64,000 nt of DNA from Klebsiella phage 150049. Of this stretch, positions 52,961 to 62,617 are shown piece after piece (the first letter of the stretch is position 1; each line of letters opens with the position of its first letter). The notes under the pieces are model-generated. The model saw nothing but the letters and a program-made list of their open reading frames with translations, had not been told where the DNA came from and ran no database searches. Both the position numbers and the translations under genes were made by a program. The DNA is taken from sequence record OP045498.1; one strand, given 5' to 3'.

Positions 52961-53371
52961 ATGACTACTCCAACTCAGTGGACTGATGAACTGTTCGAAA
53001 AAATGTCTTCCGACTACGTTGCTCGTATGGAGCAATTCCCAGAAGATGAGCGTCCGGGCGTTAGCATGGAAATTGTTAGCGAAATTGCTCAGGAAAATGG
53101 TGTAACTCCGAACGGTTTCCGTATGAAGCTGACCAAAGCAGGTCTGTATATCAAGAAAGCTGCTGGCTCTACTTCTAAATCAAGCACATCTACTGGAGAA
53201 AAAGCTTCTGGTGGTTCTCGTACTTCCAAAGCTCAGGCTCACTCCGATCTTCGCTCTGCATTCTCTGATGCTGGCTTAGCACCGGACTTCCTGGACGACG
53301 CAATCATCGACAAGCTGACCGGTAAAGCAGCTGCTCATCTGGCAGAAGCTATCCGAGCTATCACTAAGTAA
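52961..53371 (+). CDS. hypothetical abundant protein (136 aa, high-expression codon usage)
   Basis: ORF track; CTG/CGT/GCT codon bias. Confidence 0.55.
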   Translation: MTTPTQWTDELFEKMSSDYVARMEQFPEDERPGVSMEIVSEIAQENGVTPNGFRMKLTKAGLYIKKAAGSTSKSSTSTGEKASGGSRTSKAQAHSDLRSAFSDAGLAPDFLDDAIIDKLTGKAAAHLAEAIRAITK

Positions 53372-53407
53372 TTCTTAGATAAATCCACCAACACAAGGAA
53401 TACAGTT

Positions 53408-53704
53408 ATGAATAAAGCTGAAATTATTGCTCAATGCGAAAAATTTGGTGAGTTTTATCTTCATTACGAAAAACTTCGTCAGAAAGGAACCACGTACCTT
53501 CAGGGTACGATGGAATTTGATCCAGCTCAGGATAAATACCTGGCTGAGCGTATTAAACGTGAGCGCATCCGTAAGCCGAAAGAAGATGAAATCCTCGTTT
53601 TCTCTCGTACTAATGATAGCTTCCGTTTCATTCCTGTTGCGAAAGTTCGCCGTGTGACGAGCCTCCAGTCAGAGTTAGATCGTGCTTCTCCAGTAGGCCG
53701 ATAA
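53408..53704 (+). CDS. hypothetical protein (98 aa)
   Basis: ORF track. Confidence 0.5.
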   Translation: MNKAEIIAQCEKFGEFYLHYEKLRQKGTTYLQGTMEFDPAQDKYLAERIKRERIRKPKEDEILVFSRTNDSFRFIPVAKVRRVTSLQSELDRASPVGR

Positions 53705-53713
53705 GAAACCAAT

Positions 53714-53742
53714 TAGCCCCTATATGGGGCTTTTTGTGTATT
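53714..53742 (+). terminator. rho-independent terminator (AGCCCCTATATGGGGCT plus TTTTGTGTATTT)
   Basis: hairpin then T-run. Confidence 0.7.
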
Positions 53743-53754
53743 TGGGATATGTAA

Positions 53755-54063
53755 ATGAGCGATCAGGTAAATCAAAACTATGAAGGACACATTGACGACC
53801 AGTCCATCATGCTTTGGGAGAAGGAGGGGGAACAAGTAAGACTAACCGTATCTGAATTTCGTGGGAATCTATACATGGGAATTCGTTACTGGCTCCAAGA
53901 TATTACTGGAGAGTGGTTTCCAACGAAATCCGGCTTCTCTTTTCCTTATACCCTAGAAACTACATCACAGCTATTCTATGCTTTTACGCAAATCCTCAGT
54001 GAATCCGAGGTCTTGCATGAAGTACAGAAACGAGCTGAAGAACTCAAAGCCAAGAATGCCTAG
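53755..54063 (+). CDS. hypothetical protein (102 aa)
   Basis: ORF track. Confidence 0.5.
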   Translation: MSDQVNQNYEGHIDDQSIMLWEKEGEQVRLTVSEFRGNLYMGIRYWLQDITGEWFPTKSGFSFPYTLETTSQLFYAFTQILSESEVLHEVQKRAEELKAKNA

Positions 54064-54080
54064 TTCTTGGCTTTTTCTTT
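54049..54080 (+). terminator. rho-independent terminator (GCCAAGAA..TTCTTGGC plus TTTTTCTTT)
   Basis: overlaps 3' end of preceding CDS. Confidence 0.6.
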
Positions 54081-54090
54081 ATAAATGTAC

Positions 54091-54127
54091 TTGCTTTCGA
54101 CTCAGTTTTCATATATAATATTTATAT
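54091..54127 (+). promoter_or_regulatory. T5-type early promoter
   Basis: -35 TTGCTT 54091..54096, -10 TATAAT 54114..54119. Confidence 0.65.
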
Positions 54128-54130
54128 AAA

Positions 54131-54349
54131 TTGATGAGAGGATCAATTATGGCAATGACAATAACACTTCCAAAGATTCAAGCAAAACTTAATTTGCTCT
54201 CCATAGCAAGAATCAATTACCAGGATAGTATCGGCACTCCAAACCAGAAAGCGTACAAAGATGCGTGGTTGAAAGAAGCTGCTGATTTAGCTGGTATGGC
54301 TGCTCAGTATAATAAAGAACTCAAAATGGAAATAGCAGACGATGAATAA
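54131..54349 (+). CDS. hypothetical protein (72 aa)
   Basis: ORF track. Confidence 0.45.
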   Translation: MMRGSIMAMTITLPKIQAKLNLLSIARINYQDSIGTPNQKAYKDAWLKEAADLAGMAAQYNKELKMEIADDE

Positions 54350-55313
54350 TGTAAAAGACTTTATCAAACGTTGTCAAGAAGCGTACTACCAGGGAATGAG
54401 TCTTATTTCCGATGAAGAATATGATCGTCTGATTAAAAGATTCCCACTAGAGGAAGAAATCGGACCGAAAGGTGATATCCCTCATTTGTATCGTATGTAT
54501 TCTTTACAGAAAGTCTATTACGATCGTGGTGATAAAGCTCCATTTAACCCATTAGGTCAGGTTGAAACTGATAAGTTAGATGGTTGTGCGATTTCTCTAT
54601 TATATATTAATGGTGAATTTGTTCAAGCGTTAACTCGTGGTAACGGTATTCTAGGGAATGATGTAACGCATAATGTTAAAATGCTGAACATTCCCAAAAC
54701 TATTTCCCAAAAAGTACCAACTCAAATCACTGGTGAAGTTCTCATTACTAAAGAAGTAGAGAACAAACGTAACTACGCTTCGGGTGCTATTAACCTGAAA
54801 GATAGTGATGATTTCATGCAACGTATTGGTGAAGGTGGTTTAATCTTCGTTGCATATGGTATCCAGTGTTCAGCGGAAACAGTCGGTATTACAGAAGCCT
54901 ATTTAAAAGATATGCTTTGGCTAGAGAATGAGAACTTCTTGACAGTTGTTAATGTTCGTTCCTTTTTTAAATGGATTCCGACGGACGGTAAAGTTGTTCG
55001 TATTAACGACAACAATAAATTCTTCCGTGAAGGTTGGACTAATAAATTTCCTCGTGGTGCATTTGCTATTAAAGAGGATGAAGAAGGCGAAATTACCACA
55101 CTTGTTAAAGTTGAATGGCAAGTAGGGGCTTCTGGTAAAGTAACTCCAGTTGGTTATTTCGAGCCGGTGATTATTGATGATGCCACAATTGTTAAAGCAA
55201 CTCTTAATAACGTTGATTATATTAACGCTCTCGATTTAGAGATCGGTTGCCAGATTCGAGTGATTCGTGCTGGTGGTGTAATCCCTTGTATAGTAGAGCG
55301 AGTATACGACTAA
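54342..55313 (+). CDS. ligA: NAD-dependent DNA ligase, N-terminal (adenylation/OB) subunit (323 aa)
   Basis: KxDG adenylation motif KLDGCAISL; LigA-type Ia/NTase architecture. Confidence 0.8.
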   Translation: MNNVKDFIKRCQEAYYQGMSLISDEEYDRLIKRFPLEEEIGPKGDIPHLYRMYSLQKVYYDRGDKAPFNPLGQVETDKLDGCAISLLYINGEFVQALTRGNGILGNDVTHNVKMLNIPKTISQKVPTQITGEVLITKEVENKRNYASGAINLKDSDDFMQRIGEGGLIFVAYGIQCSAETVGITEAYLKDMLWLENENFLTVVNVRSFFKWIPTDGKVVRINDNNKFFREGWTNKFPRGAFAIKEDEEGEITTLVKVEWQVGASGKVTPVGYFEPVIIDDATIVKATLNNVDYINALDLEIGCQIRVIRAGGVIPCIVERVYD

Positions 55314-55363
55314 TTCGTAACCCTTTGCTACCCGTTTACCATGTCGGAATTATAAAGTGGTTA

Positions 55364-55400
55364 TTGACATTTTCGCCGCTTAGGTATATACTATTATCAT
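55364..55400 (+). promoter_or_regulatory. sigma70 promoter TTGACA-17-TATACT inside ligase split
   Basis: -35 55364..55369; shares TTGACATTTTCGC with 25571. Confidence 0.5.
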
Positions 55401-55456
55401 TCAGTTGAGGGATAGAAAGTTATGGCGAGGGTAAGCAAAGTTAGTTAAAATTGTAG

Positions 55457-55493
55457 TTGCTAAATGCTTAAATACTTGCTATAATATTTATAT
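55457..55493 (+). promoter_or_regulatory. T5-type early promoter (TTGCTA-17-TATAAT)
   Basis: -35 55457..55462, -10 55480..55485. Confidence 0.55.
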
Positions 55494-55512
55494 AAATTGA
55501 TAAGGAAGAAAT

Positions 55513-56295
55513 TTGATGAAAATCGAAATTCCAACACAATGTCCCTCTTGTGGTTCTAAGCTAGATCTTGTCAACGGGCAATTATTCTGTAGGAATAAGT
55601 CCAACTGTCCAGCGCAATCAAGTAAGTTAATCGAGAACTTCTGCACAAAAATGAAGTTAAAGGGCTTTGGCCCGAAAACTATTGAGAAGCTGGAGCTGAC
55701 TAAGATCTCAGAACTGTTTTACCTGACCGAAGAAGATTTGGTCGGAGCTGTGGGTAGCAAGGTTGCCGCTAAATTGATTAGCGAGTTAAATACTAAGGTT
55801 CGCGGAGACATTAACTTTGGTTCAGTTCTCGGTTCTTTAGGAATTCCTCTTATTGGAGAGGTTGCAGCAAAGAAACTGTCCCAAAATTGCACTAGCTTCC
55901 ACGATGTGAAGGCTGACGGCAAGGCTGGAGAAAATTACAAAACCTGGCTAAATTCCCCACAAGGCAAGGATGTTATTGAATTACCGTGGAAATTCTCAAC
56001 GGGTATTCGAGGTGCTAAAGCGGATATCATCATTACAGATGATTTAGTTGCCCAGCCAAATGGAATCACGGTCTGTATTACCGGATCTTTGCAAGATTTT
56101 GCAAATCGAACGGATGCAACAAACTATTTAGAAAGTCTAGGATATACGGTTAAGAAGTCCGTTACCAAAGACGTCAAATACCTAATCTGTGAGGATGAAT
56201 CAAAACGTTCTTCCTCATCTTATAAGAAAGCCGAAACGAATGGGATAGAAATCCTGTCGATTAAAGAACTATTGGAGAAAAATAATAATGTCTAA
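55513..56295 (+). CDS. ligB: NAD-dependent DNA ligase, C-terminal (Zn-finger/HhH/BRCT) subunit (260 aa)
   Basis: CPSCGSKL..C..C zinc finger, HhH GIPLIGEVAAKKL, BRCT-like tail. Confidence 0.75.
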   Translation: MMKIEIPTQCPSCGSKLDLVNGQLFCRNKSNCPAQSSKLIENFCTKMKLKGFGPKTIEKLELTKISELFYLTEEDLVGAVGSKVAAKLISELNTKVRGDINFGSVLGSLGIPLIGEVAAKKLSQNCTSFHDVKADGKAGENYKTWLNSPQGKDVIELPWKFSTGIRGAKADIIITDDLVAQPNGITVCITGSLQDFANRTDATNYLESLGYTVKKSVTKDVKYLICEDESKRSSSSYKKAETNGIEILSIKELLEKNNNV

Positions 56296-57055
56296 ACTGA
56301 ACTGGAACGTAGAAGGTGTAACCGAGTCTCTGAAAGCAAAAGCCACTGCTCTGGGTGTTGCTGTAATCTCTCAAGAACAAGTAGCTGCTATCGCTGCTGA
56401 ACTGGCTACCGAGACTGGTAAAGACGTTACCGCTCGCTCTGTTGGCTCTAAGCTGCGTAAAGAAGGTTTCGAAGTACAGAAAGCAAACGAAGTACAGAAA
56501 TCCCCGTGGACTCCTGAGCAGGAAGCTGAACTGGTTGATTTCCTGAACGCTCATGCTGGTCAGTATACTTACGCTGAAATCGCTGCTGCTGTAGCTGGTG
56601 GTCAGTTCGGTGCTAAGCAGGTACAGGGTAAGATCCTGAGTCTGGAAATGACTGCTTCTGTTAAGCCAACCGAAAAAGCTGCTGCTGTTCGTTCCTTCAC
56701 TCCTGACGAAGAAACTGATTTCGTTAATCAGGTTGTTGCTGGTGCTACTATTGAAGCTATCGCTGCTCACTTCGGTCGCAATATTAAGCAGATCCGTGGT
56801 AAAGCTCTGAGTCTGCTTCGTGAAGGTCGTATCGCTGCTATGCCGGTACAGGAAACTTCAAGTGCTAAAACTCGTGAAGATCTGTTAGAAGGTCTGGATC
56901 TGGCTAACATGACTGTTGCTGAGATCGCTGAGAAAACTGGTAAGTCTGAGCGCGGTGTTAAATCTATGCTGTCTCGTCGTGGTCTGGTTGCTAAGGACTA
57001 TGATGGTGCCGCTAAGCGTGCTAAACTGGATGCAAAAGCTGCGGCTGCTGAATAA
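56288..57055 (+). CDS. repeat-containing DNA-binding protein, D5-like (255 aa)
   Basis: three ~70-aa internal repeats with HTH-like AEIAEKTGKSERGVKS; high-expression codon usage; size of T5 gpD5. Confidence 0.45.
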   Translation: MSKLNWNVEGVTESLKAKATALGVAVISQEQVAAIAAELATETGKDVTARSVGSKLRKEGFEVQKANEVQKSPWTPEQEAELVDFLNAHAGQYTYAEIAAAVAGGQFGAKQVQGKILSLEMTASVKPTEKAAAVRSFTPDEETDFVNQVVAGATIEAIAAHFGRNIKQIRGKALSLLREGRIAAMPVQETSSAKTREDLLEGLDLANMTVAEIAEKTGKSERGVKSMLSRRGLVAKDYDGAAKRAKLDAKAAAAE

Positions 57056-57072
57056 TCTGGTAAATTAAACCT

Positions 57073-57110
57073 AAGGGGAGGGGGCTATGCTCCTTCCCCT
57101 TTTTGCATTT
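57073..57110 (+). terminator. rho-independent terminator (AGGGGAGGGGGCT..CTCCTTCCCCT plus TTTTGCATTT)
   Basis: hairpin 57074..57100. Confidence 0.65.
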
Positions 57111-58610
57111 AGAAGGCACGAAAGCGTGCAAAGGAGAATGACCTTGTTTAACGTGCAAGCTGTAGTGTTGAAGATGCTTCTCGCTTCTGAACAGAAGCAA
57201 ATAGCATTGGAAACATTCTCAAAACTGCATAAAGATCATTTTAATGACGCTTTCTCCTCAATTTACCAAGCCGTCCAGAATTATTATAAGAAATATAACG
57301 CAATGCCGTCCATTGACGCACTGATGCTTGAGGCCAATAGGAACGCCCGCCTTTCTCAAGCTCTTGTCGTCTTAGCTAACACTCAAATTCCAGAAGTGAG
57401 CATGGAACAGGCGCTTGAAGTCCTAGAAGCCGAATATACACAGGATCTATTCCTGAAACTTCTAGAAACAGACGTGCTTCAAGATTTAACAATGCTGGAT
57501 CAGGGAGAAATTCTCAACCGAGTTGCCTCCCTTCACTTAAAATTAGAAGAGAAAGTAACGAATACTGGAAAGGTATTCAACGCAGACACAATGCGTATTT
57601 TCCAGAGAGAAGAAGATACCAAACTGAACTTGATCGCTCTTGGTATTTGTAATGAGTTCGACGCTCAAATTGGTTTAGCTCGCACAGAAACGTTACTGCT
57701 TGGTGGTTGGCGTGGTACTGGTAAATCCATTATCTGTTCAAACATACAGGTTCAGCAATATTTGAATGGAGACATTGCTCCATATTTCTCAATTGAGATG
57801 AAAGAGCACGAAGTGTTTAGACGTAATCTGGCTATGTTAGCTGGAGTATCTGCATTAGCAATGCGTAATAACACTCTTGAAGGTGCTGCTCTGTTGAGAT
57901 TAGCCAGAACTAGGGCTAGAATGTTTAATGGTGGTGAAGAGCTTTTCGATAACTTCGTTAAGCAATACACTATGGCTAAAATGAGTGACTTCTATGATAT
58001 GGAAAGTAAACTCCTTGAAGGCTATGAGCTTCACACTCCTATGATCATCGTTTACGATCCTGAACTGTCTATTACGACGGTTGACGTAGAATTAAATAAA
58101 CTAGTTGCTAAATATGGTGATAAGGTTACTGTAGCTCTTCTAGACTATATTAACCAAACAAGACTTCCAGATTCAAAGACCATTGACATGTATGACTGGA
58201 AAGAACAGATGGTTGTTAGTTCATCTTTCAAATCTATCTGCCAGAAACATAACGTGGCTGGTGTTGCCCCTTACCAGATTGACCAAGATGGTAGAACGCG
58301 TATGTCTAAAGGGATTCTTGATTCCGCAGATATGGCTGCTAATCTTAACGCTGCAAAAGCTGATAATGGTCAAGGTGCTATTATGTTTGATTTCGTTAAG
58401 ACTCGTTCCTCTGATAGTGTGAAGTTTATGCCTAAGATGAACTGGGAAACTCTACGAATGGATAACACTACCAACCTAGCAATGGAAGATATTGCGCAAA
58501 TGGAAGCTGAGTTCGTTATTCCTATTGAAAAGGATAAACCAGCTCAACCTAAACGTGCTAAGAAAGACAAAGCTGAAAATTCAACAGGTGAACAGGCCAG
58601 CGATATATGA
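57087..58610 (+). CDS. DnaB-like replicative helicase (507 aa; true start uncertain)
   Basis: RecA-fold Walker A GGWRGTGKS in C-terminal half; precedes primase. Confidence 0.55.
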   Translation: MLLPLFAFRRHESVQRRMTLFNVQAVVLKMLLASEQKQIALETFSKLHKDHFNDAFSSIYQAVQNYYKKYNAMPSIDALMLEANRNARLSQALVVLANTQIPEVSMEQALEVLEAEYTQDLFLKLLETDVLQDLTMLDQGEILNRVASLHLKLEEKVTNTGKVFNADTMRIFQREEDTKLNLIALGICNEFDAQIGLARTETLLLGGWRGTGKSIICSNIQVQQYLNGDIAPYFSIEMKEHEVFRRNLAMLAGVSALAMRNNTLEGAALLRLARTRARMFNGGEELFDNFVKQYTMAKMSDFYDMESKLLEGYELHTPMIIVYDPELSITTVDVELNKLVAKYGDKVTVALLDYINQTRLPDSKTIDMYDWKEQMVVSSSFKSICQKHNVAGVAPYQIDQDGRTRMSKGILDSADMAANLNAAKADNGQGAIMFDFVKTRSSDSVKFMPKMNWETLRMDNTTNLAMEDIAQMEAEFVIPIEKDKPAQPKRAKKDKAENSTGEQASDI

Positions 58611-59497
58611 GTAGAATAACAGAACTACTTGATCTGAAAGGCATTGAATACAAAGACACAGGTGGGGACATCCTCATCTGTTGTCTCAATCCAGATCATG
58701 ATGATAAACACCCAAGTTTGCGTATTGATCCTGAATCAGGTATTATGCACTGCTTGAGTTGTGGCTTCGGTAGAGGAATACCGAGCATTTACCATTATTT
58801 TAATGAGACTCAGTACAGACAGTCACCAAGATTGTCACAAGTACGTAAAAAGATTTCAGAGATTAGGAATGGATCTACGAATCTTGCAATTCCTGAATCT
58901 GCTTACCTTTTCGAAGGTGATTTCCGAGGTATCAGTTCTAAGACCTTGAAGAAATATTTTGCTTTCCAACATCAAGCAGACTGGGAAGGCAGAATTGTAT
59001 TCCCAATAACAGATGCTGTTGGACGCAATATCCTATTTCTGGGACGTTCTATAAACAGTTCTGCCCCTCCTAAATACTTAGTAAAACCAAAACAAGTTTC
59101 ACCACCGATTTTCCCTGTACGATATAATACACCAGTTCTTGTTCTAGTTGAAGGTATCTTTGATATGTTAAATCTAGAAGATAACGGTGTGGATTATGCT
59201 TCTTGCTGCTTTGGTACACATCAGTTTACATCTGATAACATTGCTGATAAGTTCAGTCCTTACATTATTGCTGGAGTAAGAGTAGTTGTTATCTTGCTAG
59301 ATAATGATGCCTCTGGTAATAAAGCTGCCCAAGCACTAGCGAAGCTAATTCGTACAAAAACACGTTTAACACCTGTAGTTGGTAACTTCCTTCTTCCAGA
59401 AGGCAAAGACCCAGGTGACTTAAATAAAGAAGAGATCGATATGTTGGCTCAACGTATTGAAATTTTAGTTGCCGAATCGCTCAAAGATTTGGTATAA
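58607..59497 (+). CDS. DnaG-like DNA primase (296 aa)
   Basis: CHC2 zinc finger CCLNPDHDDKHPSL..CLSCG, TOPRIM VLVEG..LLDNDASG. Confidence 0.75.
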   Translation: MSRITELLDLKGIEYKDTGGDILICCLNPDHDDKHPSLRIDPESGIMHCLSCGFGRGIPSIYHYFNETQYRQSPRLSQVRKKISEIRNGSTNLAIPESAYLFEGDFRGISSKTLKKYFAFQHQADWEGRIVFPITDAVGRNILFLGRSINSSAPPKYLVKPKQVSPPIFPVRYNTPVLVLVEGIFDMLNLEDNGVDYASCCFGTHQFTSDNIADKFSPYIIAGVRVVVILLDNDASGNKAAQALAKLIRTKTRLTPVVGNFLLPEGKDPGDLNKEEIDMLAQRIEILVAESLKDLV

Positions 59498-59559
59498 TAT
59501 ATTGGTAAGTTAGAGAAGAAACACTGAAGTTATACTTACTTACCAAAAGGAGACTAAAT

Positions 59560-62127
59560 TTGAAAATTGCAGTAGTTGATAAAGCTCTAAATAACACTCG
59601 TTATGATAAACACTTCCAGCTTTATGGTGAGGAAGTTGATGTATTCCATATGTGTAACGAGAAGTTATCTGGTCGTTTGCTGAAAAAGCATATTACAATC
59701 GGAACTCCAGATAACCCGTTCGATCCGAACGATTACGATTTTGTTGTACTAGTTGGTGCTGAACCTTTCCTGTATTTCGCAGGTAAGAAAGGTATCGGTG
59801 ATTATACTGGTAAACGTGTAGAGCATGGTGGCTATGCCAACTGGATTGCAAGTATTAGTCCAGCTCAGCTACACTTTAAACCTGAAATGAAACCAGTTTT
59901 CGATGCAACTGTTGAAAGTATTCATGACATTATTAATGGTCGTGAGAAGATTGCAAAAGCTGGTGATTATCGTCCTATTACTGATCCAGATGAAGCTGAA
60001 GAATACATCAAGATGGTGTATAACATGGTTATCGGACCTATCGCATTCGACTCCGAAACCTCAGCTCTGTATGCTCGTGATGGTTATCTTCTTGGTGTTT
60101 CTATGTCTCACCAAGAGTATCAGGGTGTCTATATTGACTCTGACAGCATCACCGAAGTAGCTGTACATTATCTCCAGAAAATTCTGGATAGCAAGAATCA
60201 TCAGATCGTTTTTCATAACTTGAAGTTCGATATGCACTTTTACTCCTATCATCTAGGACTTTCCTTCGAGAAAGCACATAAAGAGCGTAGACTTCATGAT
60301 ACCATGTTGCAACACTATGTTCTTGATGAACGTCGTGGTACTCACGGCTTGAAATCTCTGGCTATGAAGTATACTGACATGGGCGATTATGACTTTGAAC
60401 TGGATAAGTTCAAGGATGATTATTGCAAGGCACATAAGATCAAAAAAGAGGATTTCAGCTATGATCTGATTCCTTTTGATATTATGTGGCCATATGCTGC
60501 AAAAGATACCGATGCTACTCTGCGTCTGCATAACTTCTTCTTACCAAAAATTGAGAAGAATGAAAAGCTTTGCAGTCTGTACTATGACGTTCTGATGCCT
60601 GGTTGTGTATTCCTTCAACGTGTTGAAGATCGAGGTGTACCGATTTCTGTTGATCGCTTGAAAGAAGCTCAGTATCAGTTAACTCACAACCTGAACAAGG
60701 CTCGTGAAAAGCTGTATACTTATCCAGAAGTCGTTCAGCTAGAGAAAGATCAGAACGAAGCATTTAACCCGAACTCTGTTAAGCAACTTCGTGTTCTTCT
60801 GTTTGATTATGTTGGTCTGACTCCAACTGGTAAACTGACAGATACAGGTGCAGATTCTACAAACGCAGAAGCTCTGAATGAATTGGCTACTCAGCATCCG
60901 ATTGCTAAAACTCTGCTAGAGATTCGTAAGCTGACTAAGCTGATCTCTACATATGTTGAGAAGATTCTTCTGAGCATCGATGCAGATGGTTGCATTCGCA
61001 CCGGTTTCCATGAACACATGACTACTTCTGGTCGTTTAAGTTCTTCTGGTAAGCTGAACCTGCAACAGTTACCACGTGATGAGTCTATTATCAAGGGTTG
61101 TGTAGTAGCTCCTCCTGGATATCGTGTAATCGCATGGGACTTAACAACTGCGGAAGTTTATTATGCTGCTGTTCTGTCTGGTGACAGAAATATGCAACAA
61201 GTATTTATCAACATGAAGAATGAGCCTGATAAATACCCTGACTTCCACTCAAACATCGCACACATGGTATTTAAACTGACCTGTGAACCGCGTGATGTTA
61301 AGAAGTTGTTCCCAGCTCTGCGTCAGGCTGCTAAGGCAATTACCTTCGGTATTCTGTATGGTTCTGGCCCAGCTAAAGTCGCTCACTCTGTTAACGAAGC
61401 TCTTCTGGAACAGGCCGCTAAGACAGGCGAACCGTTTGTTGAATGTACCGTTGCAGATGCGAAGGACTATATCGAAACTTACTTCGGTCAGTTCCCTCAG
61501 CTTAAGCGTTGGATTGATAAGTGCCACGATCAGATCAAGAACTTTGGATTCATCTATAGTCACTTTGGTCGTAAGCGTCGTCTGCATAACATCCATTCCG
61601 AAGATCGTGGTGTTCAGGGTGAAGAAATCCGTTCTGGATTTAACGCAATCATTCAGTCTGCATCTTCTGATAGTCTCCTGTTAGGGGCTATTGATGCTGA
61701 TGAAGAAATCCTGTCCCTAGGTCTAGGAAAAGAGATGAAGATCGTCATGTTGGTTCACGACTCCGTGGTTGCCATTGTACGTGAAGATCTGATCGATCAG
61801 TATAACGAGATTCTGATTCGTAACATCCAGAAGGATCGTGGTATTAGTATCCCTGGCTGCCCAATCGGTATTGATTCTGATTCTGAGAAAGGTGGTTCTC
61901 GTGACTACTCTTGTGGTAAGATGAAGAAACAGCACCCATCAATCGCTTGTATTGATGATGATGAGTATACTCGTTATGTTAAGGGTATATTACTCGATGC
62001 AGATTTCGAGTATAAGAAGTTAGCTGCAATGGATAAAGAGCATCCAGACCACAGCAAGTACAAGGATGATAAGTTTATTGCTGTATGTAAAGATCTGGAT
62101 AATGTGAAAAGGATTTTAGGTGCTTGA
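59560..62127 (+). CDS. family-A DNA polymerase with 3'-5' exonuclease (855 aa, TTG start)
   Basis: exo motifs FDSETSAL, YAAKD; pol motifs RxxAKxxxFGxxYG, HDS; N-terminus MKIAVVDKALNN and 855 aa as in T5 polymerase. Confidence 0.9.
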   Translation: MKIAVVDKALNNTRYDKHFQLYGEEVDVFHMCNEKLSGRLLKKHITIGTPDNPFDPNDYDFVVLVGAEPFLYFAGKKGIGDYTGKRVEHGGYANWIASISPAQLHFKPEMKPVFDATVESIHDIINGREKIAKAGDYRPITDPDEAEEYIKMVYNMVIGPIAFDSETSALYARDGYLLGVSMSHQEYQGVYIDSDSITEVAVHYLQKILDSKNHQIVFHNLKFDMHFYSYHLGLSFEKAHKERRLHDTMLQHYVLDERRGTHGLKSLAMKYTDMGDYDFELDKFKDDYCKAHKIKKEDFSYDLIPFDIMWPYAAKDTDATLRLHNFFLPKIEKNEKLCSLYYDVLMPGCVFLQRVEDRGVPISVDRLKEAQYQLTHNLNKAREKLYTYPEVVQLEKDQNEAFNPNSVKQLRVLLFDYVGLTPTGKLTDTGADSTNAEALNELATQHPIAKTLLEIRKLTKLISTYVEKILLSIDADGCIRTGFHEHMTTSGRLSSSGKLNLQQLPRDESIIKGCVVAPPGYRVIAWDLTTAEVYYAAVLSGDRNMQQVFINMKNEPDKYPDFHSNIAHMVFKLTCEPRDVKKLFPALRQAAKAITFGILYGSGPAKVAHSVNEALLEQAAKTGEPFVECTVADAKDYIETYFGQFPQLKRWIDKCHDQIKNFGFIYSHFGRKRRLHNIHSEDRGVQGEEIRSGFNAIIQSASSDSLLLGAIDADEEILSLGLGKEMKIVMLVHDSVVAIVREDLIDQYNEILIRNIQKDRGISIPGCPIGIDSDSEKGGSRDYSCGKMKKQHPSIACIDDDEYTRYVKGILLDADFEYKKLAAMDKEHPDHSKYKDDKFIAVCKDLDNVKRILGA

Positions 62128-62617
62128 TTTCAAATTGCCCGTATATGCTTTACGGGCGTTTGTATCAATTGAGCAGGAAGGTGATTATTCCATAATTACA
62201 ACAAGATATAATAAATATGTGTTAGATAACAGGGAGTTGCCTGGCACATTCTCTCAACGTAGGTTAGCCTTATTTGAGAAGCGGAAAGAATTACCTTATA
62301 AGCTCTATCCTATTCGTGGTAGAATATCAATGTTGTCCCAATTAGTTGGGTCAAAGCGTAGCCAGTTCATAGATTCTGATGGAAATCTCATTAACTGGAA
62401 GAAAACTACGTTCTATGATGTTATCACATCTAAAGTTCTGCATTCTGCAAGAATTTATAATGGAAAGTATCAATGCTATGTGGCTAAAGTCCCGTATCCA
62501 TTCGTGCTATCCTATGTTCCAGCTTATATAAGCTATATTCTGGTAAATAATAGCCCTGTTATTTATCAAGTCCATCAAGAGGAGCCTGAAATTCCTAGAC
62601 TTAGAATAAAATTATGA
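62120..62617 (+). CDS. hypothetical protein (165 aa)
   Basis: ORF track. Confidence 0.5.
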   Translation: MLDFKLPVYALRAFVSIEQEGDYSIITTRYNKYVLDNRELPGTFSQRRLALFEKRKELPYKLYPIRGRISMLSQLVGSKRSQFIDSDGNLINWKKTTFYDVITSKVLHSARIYNGKYQCYVAKVPYPFVLSYVPAYISYILVNNSPVIYQVHQEEPEIPRLRIKL

